64,000 nucleotides of DNA from Octopus sinensis (lineage: Eukaryota): assembly GCF_006345805.1 (NCBI RefSeq), contig NC_043000.1, forward strand, positions 134,354,001 to 134,418,000, read 5' to 3'. Below are positions 53,701-64,000 of this stretch, one piece after another. How positions within the stretch are numbered: position 1 is the stretch's first letter; each line of letters opens with the position of its first letter. The translations under genes were made by a program, and so were the position numbers. The notes under the pieces are model-generated. The model was not told the DNA's origin and searched no databases. It saw nothing but the letters and a program-made list of their open reading frames with translations.

Positions 53701-54490
53701 GTGTGAACACAGAGTTGGCTTTGTTACAGTCTCAAGTTCTATCTCACAATGTGGCACCTTGGGCAAGTGTCTTCTAGCCTCAAGTCTAAGGCTGATGAAT
53801 CCACTGTGAGGGAAATTGGTAGGTGGAAACTGTAAGGAAACATGCTTTTTAAGTAAGGAAGAGGGTCTGTATATGTATATATGTAAATTTAGCATGTGTG
53901 TGCGCACATGCACGTGCATGTGTATGCATGCATGTCTGTTTCTGAGTATATGCCTATATTCTATATTTCGCATGAAAAACAAAAAACAATAGCATTCGTT
54001 AACTTTCTCTGTTAGCAAATCATTTTGTATTTCTGTACTTTCAAAGACAAGTAGAATAAACAAGGGAAGAAAAAAAATATATTCATTACTTAGAAAACAC
54101 ATAAGGGTTAAGAACCAGAAAGGCAATGCTTGAAATATGTACTTATCCAACCCATACTAGCATGGAAAAACAGATGTAAAATGTACTAACAATCTATGAA
54201 CAAATATGAAGTAGATAAGTGATTTGTAAATAGATCTTAGTTTATACATTAATTATTATTATTCTAGTGTAATCCCACCATAGTTTTCGTTGCATTTTAT
54301 TGAGCAATCAAATTATTATGGAAATTCCATTCATGCCCATCCCATCATTTATTTAGACATAGTGAGCCCAGGACCACAATATACAGTAGTGTTTTTCAAC
54401 CACTTTTTGCCTATGGACCCCATATATAGGTGTTTAACTCTACTACACCCCAATGTTAAAACAAAAATCCTATATCTTTATAATTAAGAT

Positions 54491-54865
54491 ATGGGAGTGG
54501 CTGTGTGGTAAGTAGCTTGCTTACCAACCACATGGTTCTGGGTTCAGTCCCACTGCGTGGCACCTTGGGCAAGTGTCTTCTACTGTAGCCTCAGGCCGAC
54601 CAAAGCTTTGTGAGTGGATTTGGTAGACAGAAACTGAAAGAAACCCATCATATATTGTATATATATATATGTGTGTTTGTCCCCCCAACATCGCTTGACA
54701 ACCGATGCTGGTGTATTTACGTCCCTGTAACTTAGTGGTTTGGCAAAAGAGACCGATAGGATAAGTACTAGGCTTACAAAGAATAAGTCCTGAGGTCGAT
54801 TTGTTCAACTAAAAGCAGTGCTCCAGCATGGCCACAGTCAAATGACTGAAACAAGTAAAAGAGTA
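54491..54865 (+). mobile_element. SINE family A inserted in a hAT-type MITE
   Basis: Consensus copy interrupting a relative of the 19172-19425 element (about 54385-54983). Confidence 0.85.
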
Positions 54866-55219
54866 AGTATTATTAGGAATTGTATATAAAAATTAAAATA
54901 TTTTGTGTATTGCAAACGCATAACCAATTTATTGCTCATAAATTTTAACAAAATCTTACATGGAGCCCAGTTGAGAACCACTGTTATATAGTATGTCCTT
55001 TCTCTAAGAGGGAGATTTAGCTGCTACTTTTAGCAGCAGTTAAATTTTTAGAAGATTGGGGGGACTGTGTAGAAATTCCCTTCATTAGCTGGCATGGTAA
55101 TAATAGTCTACAAAATGGAAACAACAAAATTCTTTAAAATTTCATTTAAAAATTTGCTCAATTAAATTATCCTAATTTTCTTTTTAATTGACAATGTTGA
55201 AAATATATGAAATATATGA

Positions 55220-55228
55220 GTGGGTGTA

Positions 55229-55310
<82 letters not shown>

Positions 55311-55340
55311 CTTTCTCTTGGTTCTCCAAATTCATTTTCC

Positions 55341-55387
<47 letters not shown>

Positions 55388-55563
55388 TATACACATTCAT
55401 ACACACACACTTTCATACACACACAACAAATTATATATAATTTTTATTTAACAACAATGTTAAAAATGAATATATATATGCATACATTGTGTATTTATAT
55501 ACATATATATACAATTAAATAATATATAATTTTATTTAACAACAATGTTAGAAATGAATATGA

Positions 55564-55595
<32 letters not shown>

Positions 55596-55600
55596 ATCTA
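55220..55600. repeat. (TA)n/(CA)n microsatellite field, representative of many (e.g. 17700-17870, 26340-26760, 50040-50240)
   Basis: Seen directly. Confidence 0.9.
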
Positions 55601-56279
55601 AAATATAATCCAAAACCAAAGCAACATAGTGAATTTTCATGCAATAGTTCATTTTTATGAATTTGCTTTTATTTATTATTTATTTATTTATTTATCTCTC
55701 TTCTTCATTGTGCTATGATTTTCAAAAATGCTACAGGCAGGAATGATTAATTAGACCTTATTGAAACACTTTTCATCAAAAATTGGAGAAAAAAAAAAAA
55801 AGATTGCAAGCAAAATAAAGCATTCGTGATGTCTGAAAATATTACCACTTGAAGAATGCGGGAGGAATTTGGTGATTATGATATGGTGGTTGGAGGGGGG
55901 GGGGAAATAAATACAAGACAACTCAACAAGTAATGTAAAAATTTGCAAAGCAAGAGATATTGATTAATGGCTTCAATAGAATGATTGAAAAGGAAAGGAA
56001 TGCGAAAAATGCGTATTTCTTACACCTTCTACACCATGCAATACCAACAAACCAAAATATTTATATCCATACATATCAGAGGGAGTCTGATTTGCAGTGT
56101 ATTCACACACACAAACACACAGACAAATACACAACGTGCACAGTTGCACACACATACATATATATACATATATTCATGTGCATGCAATGAGTGTGTGTGT
56201 GCAAGCATGCGTGTGTATACATAGACATATACAGATATGCATTTTTATATATTTTTATATATTTATATATATATATATA

Positions 56280-56672
56280 GGCGTAGGAGTCGCTGTGTGG
56301 TAAGTAGCTTGCTTACCAGCCTCATGGTTCCGGGTTCAGTCCCACTTCGTCACACCTTGGGCAAGTGTTTTCTACTATAGCCTCTGGCCGACCGAAGCCT
56401 TGTGAGTGGATTTGGTAGATGGAAACTGAAAGAAGCCCATCGTATATATATATATGTATGTGTGTGTCTGTGTTTGTCCCCCCAACATCGCTTGACAACC
56501 GATGCTGGTGTGTTTACGTCCCCGTAACTTAGTGGTTTGGCAAAACGAACTGATAGAATAAGTACTAGGCTTACAAAGTATAAGTCCTGGGGTCAATTTG
56601 CTCGACTAAAGGCAGTGCTCCATCATGGCCACAGTCAAATGACTGAAACAAGTAGGAGTAAAAGAGTAAGAG
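56280..56672 (+). mobile_element. SINE family A, full length
   Basis: Colinear with the consensus. Confidence 0.9.
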
Positions 56673-56681
56673 CATATATAT

Positions 56682-56727
<46 letters not shown>

Positions 56728-57873
56728 TCATCATTTAACATCCGCTTTCCATGCTGGCATGGGTTGGATAGTTGACTGTTGACTGGCAAACCAGGAGGCT
56801 GTACCAGGCTGCAATCTGATCTGGCAAGGTTTGTACAGCTGGATGCCCTTCTATAGCAGGAGACACTTGCCCAAGCTGTTGCACAGTGGGTTTGAACCTA
56901 AAACCCACAAGGTTGCAAGGCAAACTTTAAATATTTGAGTCGAATCCCTGACTAAAAAAATGTTACTCTATGTAACTCAAAATTCCTTTAGTAAGAAATT
57001 TGTATTGATCTCATATCAGAGTCTTGCTAAAATCTTAAGTTAAAAATACAAGTATAGTGTTTAACAATTGATTTTCTTCTTTTACAAAACTTTTTCATGT
57101 TGTGATTCAAACCAATTATATTTGAACCATAACATTAAAAAAACTGCTTTATAAAACAATCAATTATTAACAAACACTATTTGTATTTTTAATTTAAGAC
57201 TTTAGCATTTAAATACTCTTGGTATTTTTTTGTTTTGTTTTCTTTTTCTTTCTTTTTTTACTCAAGTGTTTGTACTTTGGACAGAATAATAATTTTGTTT
57301 TCTCTTTTTATCCTTACAGAACTACCCTCAGCCTAACATATGTCAATCTTGATTTGAAATTGCCTTTGATGTTACATCACTTAAAATCTCAGTGTAGTGT
57401 TATTAACTAGAAAGGTGATACATTCATGTATGAGATATGAACAGACTTAAACTGAATTAGCACAGTCCTCAAAGCCATAAAATCTTTTTTGATGTGGCTT
57501 TGCCAACGTTGAGAATTTAGAGCTTACAGAAATGTTAAGATGTTGAATCTTAGAATGCATAAAGAGCTCATGCATAGAGGACTTGTGTTGGTGCCACATC
57601 AAAAAGCACTGGTGCTAGCAACACATAAAAAGCACCCAGTACACTTTGTAAAGTGGTTGGTATTAGGAAAGGCATCCGGCTGTAGAAACCATGCCAAAAC
57701 AGACTATGGAGTCTGGTGTGGGAAGCCCTCCACCTCCTGTCATACCAGCTTCAGTCAAACTGTTCAACCCATGTCAGCATGGAAAACAGATGTATGATGA
57801 TGATGATGGTGATGATGATGATGATGTGATGGTGGTGATGATGATGATATTTTAATGAATCAGCTAAGTGAAT

Positions 57874-58010
57874 TGAAGTTAGTGAGTTTGGATAAGTTTG
57901 TATACTGTGGAGAATGCTAATCCTTCACTAGAATAAGTCTCAAAACTTCAATATCCACTTCTCTTCATCATGGCAATACAAACTTATCCAAACTCACAAA
58001 CTTCACTGTA
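57874..58010. mobile_element. Tc1/mariner-type MITE
   Basis: 30-bp inverted repeats (57874-57903 and 57976-58005, one mismatch); right end cactg|ta. Confidence 0.65.
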
Positions 58011-58336
58011 TAGTGTTTGTTGACACAAATCTCCAACAGTTTGCTCAAATTTTTCTTTTACTAAATCAATGCAAGGGGCAACAAAACCCTTCTCTCTTAA
58101 AATGAGATTCAACCCATCTCTACCTTTTACTTATTTCAGCATTCAACTGTGACATTGCTGAGACCTTGAAGAATTTAGTGGCCAAATCTACCCCAGTACT
58201 TATTTTTATGTCTGGTGCTTTTTCTATTAATCTCTTTTGACAGACTGCTTATGGGGATGTAAATAAATTCACAGCGGTTATTAGCAGTAGTGGTGCGGAA
58301 CACACACATACATATAACAGGCTTCCTCACAGTTTC

Positions 58337-58566
58337 TTATTTCTTTATTGCCCACAAGGGGCTAAACATAGAGGGGAAAAACAAGGACAAAGGGATTAAG
58401 TCAATTACACTGACCCCAGTGCATAACTGGTACTTAATTTATCAACCCCAAAAGGATGGAAGGCAAAGTCGACCTCAGCTGAATTTGAACTGAGATCATA
58501 ACAGCAGACGAGATACTGCTAAGCATTTCGCCCGGTGTGCTAACGTTTCTGCCAGCTCGCCACCCT
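58337..58566 (-). mobile_element. tRNA-derived SINE with Deu/Nin-like domain, 10-bp TSD
   Basis: Minus strand gtcgactttgccttccatcc..gataaattaagtaccag resembles the Deu/Nin domain; TSD tcacagtttc at 58327-58336 and 58567-58576. Decayed relatives near 31820-32030, 37200-37380 and 53290-53475. Confidence 0.65.
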
Positions 58567-59154
58567 TCACAGTTTCTATCAACCAAATTCTTTCAAACCC
58601 CACTCATCCCAGGACTATTGTTGAAAACACTTGCCTAAGGTGCCACACATTGGAACTGAACCCAAAACAACATAGTTGCAAATCAAGCTTCACTGCCATG
58701 CTTGACACAATTTTCTTTTCATAATGACCTCTACAGAAGAAAAGAAGAGGGGGAACTTACCCCTCAGAGTAGAGACCTCATTCAAATACATGCTAAAAAC
58801 AGCAGTGGATCAGATGGTAGTATTAAACTAGGTGATAGATAAAGTCTATTGCTGCTTTTCTATCAGTGTAACTTGTAAATGTTTTGTATGCTTCATGCAT
58901 TTATACTTTGTAGCTGAGTCATTCTTGGAACGGATTCCAGTTGTAGAACACTTAGTTGCTCCATGAAACTACATGATCATGGTTTAGACACAAGAGAATG
59001 CCCAACAGGAATCCAGAGCCAAAAAGTGTGTGATTATGGCTTTTTTTAAAACATTTATATGACTAATTTTTTTTAAGATGTGGAAAAAAAAAAAAGAAGC
59101 AGCAAGCAAGTCTCAGAGAAAATATACATAGACAATGAAAACAACTACTACAAA

Positions 59155-59177
59155 GGTTGTTGTTGCTGCTGCTGTTG

Positions 59178-59224
<47 letters not shown>

Positions 59225-59240
59225 GGTGGGGGTGGGGGTT
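59155..59240. repeat. Compound (GTT/GCT/GGT)n tract
   Basis: Seen directly. Confidence 0.9.
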
Positions 59241-59458
59241 TGGCAGTGAGGATTTGCAATTTTGGCAAGAGCTCCACAAAGTTTTTGTAGAGGAGTGTTG
59301 TAAATTTAATCAATGTCAGTACTTGCTTCATCCTTACTTAACTAGTACATTATTTCATCAATCTCAGAAGAACGAAAGGCAAAGTCAAACTCAACAGGAG
59401 TCAAGATGAGAATATCTGCGAGCCTAAAACTAAATACTACTACCAATGATTTTCTTTT

Positions 59459-59951
59459 TGTACTGTACCGTTTCTGCCACTCAAATTCCTTATATTATTA
59501 ACATAAGCCCACAAATTCCGAGTATATGTGAAAAAGAACTTTCACCAGTCACATATAGCGATCGAGTATTCTTGTATCCCTTCCAAATCCTGTTACTAAA
59601 GAACTAACGTAATAGCATCATGTTTACATTCTGAGAAATCTTTTATCCTCCGGTGTAATAATTTAACTGGGGTTTTCAGCCAAATTTACCCAGTTATTTT
59701 ATCATGTACTGTACCATTTCTGCCACTCAAATTCCTTATATTATTAGCATAAGCCCACAATTTCCGAGTATATATAAAAAAGAACTTTTACCAGTCACAT
59801 ATAGCGATCAAGTATTCTTGTATCCCTTCCAAATCTTGTTACTAAAGAACTAACGTAATAGCATCATGTTTACATTCTGAGAAATCTTTTATCCTCCGGG
59901 GTAATAATTTAACTGGGGTTTTCAGCCAAATTTACCCAGTTATTTTATCAT
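59459..59951. repeat. Tandem duplication, 2 x ~246 bp
   Basis: Units begin tgtactgtacc at about 59459 and 59705, with few substitutions. Confidence 0.9.
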
Positions 59952-60219
59952 ATAATAAAGGTAGATATAATGAACCAGGCATGCTGTAGAAACTATGGCT
60001 GATATATAGATGAAAAAACTTTGTTTTAAGTCAACTTAACCTGAAAGGAATTTAGCTAAAATAGGGATTGACAGACAATGAGAAAAAGAAGAAGAAGCAA
60101 AAAAGGTAATATATGTATCTGCACATTCCCCTTTCCACATCTTTGGCGTTGCAGTTAAGTGAGAACAGGGAGTGAGGGAGTATGCGCCTTTTTGTGTGCA
60201 TGCGTGCATGCATGTGTGT

Positions 60220-60276
<57 letters not shown>

Positions 60277-60299
60277 TACACATGTGAGTCAAAAGTAGG

Positions 60300-61490
60300 G
60301 GAAGCAACAATAACTTGTGAGAATGTAACAACAAATAAATACTGCGGCAATGACTAAATTAGATGCGAGGAGAGATGACTAAGGGAAAGCGATGGAGAGA
60401 AGGACGCGGGAGGTGGGGGTGGGGATGAAGGGGGAGGGGGCAGAAATGGCATGGCATTAAATATGTCTGTATTTATGATGCTATATGTAGTGTTTATGTA
60501 TGTAGTTGAAGTATCTTATTCTCACCATCACCACCACCACCACCACCACCACCTTTGTATATTGTTTTTTGAGAGGATTTTATTGTTGTTCCCCCCAGCC
60601 CAGACCAGCCCTGCCCACCCCTGCATTATGCATACCTGAGGTTCAACATGGTAGGAAGTAGTGTTGCAGAGAGATTTAATGATAGATAAAAGACAAGATA
60701 ACTAAACTAAACTAAACAAACAAACAAAAATAAAATAAAATAAATAAATAAATCTTGCTTTATGTATTCTTTATTGAAAAGCGGGGGAGAAAAAGAAAAA
60801 AAAAGGGGGGGGGGATGAAAAAAAGGTGCTAAAACCGCATTGAATATTTAAGCTTTATAAAGCATCAAATACAGTTTTGGATATTGACACATCCACATGT
60901 AGTACGTATTCACACATACGCGTGCACTAACATCAACAGATGCAAAGTATCAATAACAGGTAAGAGGTGTTTATGCTTTGGAAATACTTAGCAATAAAAT
61001 GTTTGCGTATGTATTTGAGAGAAAGCGAGAGAGAGTAGGGGGGAGTCACACCGAAGGAAGTGGGGCATAGATTCTTCTTGTTGCCATTTCTATGTCGGCA
61101 TTGCTGCAACATCAACAACAATAAAATGAATATAAAGTGTAAAGAATGAGATATCCTGGTGATATAAAATAACAGTACCATATATAATCTAACATGTTTG
61201 GCTTCACAAATACAGAGAATGAAATTAAATTAACAAGCTTTCAGAAGTGTCTTTTCTTTGATGAAAAATTCATGAAGTTAATCAAATGACACGTACATCA
61301 TCCTTTGCATTGTATTAGCTTTCTTTCTATTTTTTTTTTTATTATTTACTCCCACCCCCCACCATTAAAATTTTTTTTTTTTTTTTTTTATTTTGTCAAC
61401 TCAACACATATGCATATGCATGCCTGTACGTTATTTCTGCCCATCGTGCTACGGTGTCGTTAGAAAAATAGGAGGGAATTAATGACACTT
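60300..61490 (-). promoter_or_regulatory. Possible internal promoter / 5' UTR region
   Basis: SINE-free stretch with visibly more CpG and G/C runs than its surroundings, around and upstream of the MLNL exon. Compositional inference only. Confidence 0.3.
60636..60649 (-). CDS. Candidate alternative first coding exon (MLNL) of the RAPGEF2/6-like gene
   Basis: accATG TTG AAC CTC AG|gtatgc: strong donor in phase 2, matching the phase of the 34871-34954 exon (join gives MLNLSQGELSTCWY...). A T-rich tract with three tandem TTTAG lies 50-60 nt upstream of the ATG. No transcript evidence. Confidence 0.45.
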
Positions 61491-61687
61491 GACGAGGAAA
61501 TTATATCAAAACAAGCATGAAACAGGAAAGATGTGGATAGATCATTAAAACTAATATATATATATATATATATATAAAATATTGAATGTAATAAAATACA
61601 AATTTCAACGTCACATCCACGCTGCTGTTTAAATAATGAATCCTGCTAACCATTTTCATCTATTGAATCTGATAACAATGAAACTAT

Positions 61688-62102
61688 TTTACTCTTACTC
61701 TTTTACTCTTTTACTTGTTTCAGTCATTTGACTGTGGCCATGCTGGAGCACCGCCTTTAATCGAGCAACTAGGCCCCGGGACTTATTCTTTTTGTAAGCC
61801 CAGTACTTATTCTATCAGTCTCTTTTGCCGAACCGCTAAGTAACGGGAACATAAACACACCAGCATCGGTTGTCAAGCAATGCTAGGAGGACAAACACAG
61901 ACACACAAACATATATATATATATATATACACATATATACGATGGGTTTCTTTCAGTTTCCGTCTACCAAATCCACTCACAAGGCTTTGGTCGGCCCGAG
62001 GCTATAGTAGAAGACACTTGCCCAAAGTGCCACGCAGTGGGACTGAACCCGGAACCATGTGGTTGGTAAACGAGCTACTTACCACACAGCCACTCCTGCG
62101 CC
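61688..62102 (-). mobile_element. SINE family A, full length, flanked by ~180-bp direct repeats
   Basis: Reverse complement starting GGCGCAGGAGTGG; flanks 61488-61679 and 62102-62281 are near identical. Confidence 0.9.
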
Positions 62103-62603
62103 TTGACGAGAAAATTATATCAAAACAAGCATGAAACAGGAAAGATGTGGATAGATCATTAAAACTAATATATATATAAAATATTGAATGTAATAAAATA
62201 CAAATTTCAACGTCACATCCACGCTGCTGTTTAAATAATGAATCCTGCTAACCATTTTCATCTATTGAATCTGATAACAATACTATATTTGCGTGATTTT
62301 TTTCTTCTTGTTAAGGATTGCTGCAGATTTAATCTATGATTTTATCTGGAAATAAAATTACAGATTGAATAGTTAAATAACTGTATTGAGAAAATACCAG
62401 GAGTTTTAGTTCAGTGACTTAAGAGGTACAGAAATTTCTTCCAAACTGCTCGTTTATCACATAAAATAGTGTGCATTATGTCTCCTACATTAATTATCAA
62501 ACCCTCCACTGAATAATTTAATTGTTATATTCTGTTGCAAACATCCTTTTGAACACCTAATACCAAAGTGGATACCCTAAAGTTATATTTACTCCTCTAC
62601 ACT

Positions 62604-62740
62604 CATCACCACCACCACCATTATCATCATCATCATTACTACTACGACTACTACTACTACTACTACTACCCCCACCCCCCACCACCATCATCATCATCAC
62701 CATCACCATCATCATCATCAACAACAACACTACCACCATT
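62604..62740. repeat. Compound (CAC/CAT/TAC/CAA)n tract
   Basis: Seen directly. Confidence 0.9.
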
Positions 62741-63249
62741 TTCATACTAATTTCCTAACTGGCTTAATCCTCTGTCATTCCATCTAAATATCTAATACTC
62801 ACAGACCTAGCCTTCCTGCTTCCTCCGCTATACCTGCTGGTTTACCTCTACCGCAGGTATTCTTTCCTGTCAACTACTGACACTTGATACTCAGCATGTA
62901 TCATCCATTTACATTTACGTTTACATACTTGTGTAAATAATTTTTGGCTTTGATGCCTGAATGACTTCTCAACTTGTTACCAGTCTGCCTTTTTGGTATT
63001 GGACATCCAACAGATCAGGCTTGGCTCCTATCCAACACAGAAACTTGAAGCATTTTCCAATGGGAGAGGTGACTGTTGAACATTCAGAATTAACCCTTTG
63101 TTTGCCCTATGTATTACATGTGATACACAAAAACCTATTTCCTTGGCATAAGACCTGTTGAGGCAAGTGAAATCGAAATTGAAATCAAATTCGATGACTG
63201 GCATCCATGCTAGTGGAGTGCTAAGAGTACCATACAAGCATGATCTTTA

Positions 63250-63653
63250 CCAGAGCAACAAACTGGCCTCTGTGCCGATGGCACGTAAAAAGCACCATTT
63301 GAGCGTGATCATTACCTGCATTGCCTTACTGGCACTTGTGCTGGTGGCACATGAAAAAACATTTGAGCGAGATCGTTGCCAGTGCCTTTGGACTGGCTCC
63401 TGTGCCGGTGGCACATAAAAAATACCATTTGAGCATGGCCACTGCCAGTACCACTTGACTGGCCCTCATGCCGGTGGCACGTAAAAGCACTCACTACACT
63501 CTCGGAGTGGTTGGCGTTAGGAAGGGCATCCAGCTGTAGAAACTTTGCCAGATCAGATTGGAGTCTGGTGCAGCCATCTGGTTCACCAGACCTTAGTCAA
63601 ATCGTCCAACCCATGCTAGCATGGAAAGTGGACATTAAACGATAATGATGATG
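63250..63653 (+). mobile_element. Family B element with internal repeat units
   Basis: Multiple gtgccggtggcac..aaaa..cacc units then the conserved 3' part and (gat)n tail. Confidence 0.8.
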
Positions 63654-64000
63654 ATTCCCAATTATTATCAACCACCACAGAAACTTGGGATTTATGAAAG
63701 GAAAGCTTTATCTTACTCAGAATGTATGAAACAAAGGCTAACTAAAAGTCTGAAAAACAAGCATGGACATTTATGAAAATGCTTTGGACAAAGGGTTAAG
63801 CTACTTGTCCATTGGTTGGCATTATATAGTAAGTAACCTTAAGGAAGAACATAATATATTCACTGCCAACTACTTAATACAACAATCACTTCTGAACCCT
63901 CCTTACACCCAGGGAACTTGAACCAACACAGGAGCCTCTAAGTAGTCACTCCATCTAGAAATAGCATATAAAATTTCCTTAACGCTTTAGTGTTTAAACC

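Noticed and set aside
53671-54150. 159-aa minus-strand ORF
   Set aside because: AT-rich low-information sequence running through a microsatellite and SINE fragment.
1-64000. CRISPR arrays, rRNA, operon-like or prokaryotic systems
   Set aside because: None seen; the sequence is eukaryotic intronic DNA and repeats lack regular repeat-spacer structure.

Overview
AT-rich, microsatellite- and SINE-dense eukaryotic genomic DNA. The repeat families resemble those I recall from Octopus (inference, no search run). Only one exon is confidently protein-coding: 84 nt on the minus strand (34871-34954), translating QGELSTCWYILLSGSVFIEGSMFLPRS, which matches the N-terminal cyclic-nucleotide-binding-like domain of RAPGEF2/RAPGEF6 (PDZ-GEF). 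The rest appears to be very large introns of that gene, with a phase-compatible candidate alternative first exon (MLNL, 60636-60649). The introns hold tRNA-derived SINEs of three types, an RTE-tailed short element, piggyBac-, hAT- and Tc1-type MITEs, decayed LINE fragments and several recent local duplications. The most interesting signals are: (1) a short microsatellite-associated element carrying minimal type I hammerhead ribozyme cores with covarying stems (four copies, three in the gene's sense orientation, two in tandem, plus a fifth decayed core of another variant); (2) a SINE flanked by a ~180-bp direct duplication; (3) a SINE half-(TA)n-inverted half palindrome. Nearly all ORFs in the supplied track are repeat artefacts.
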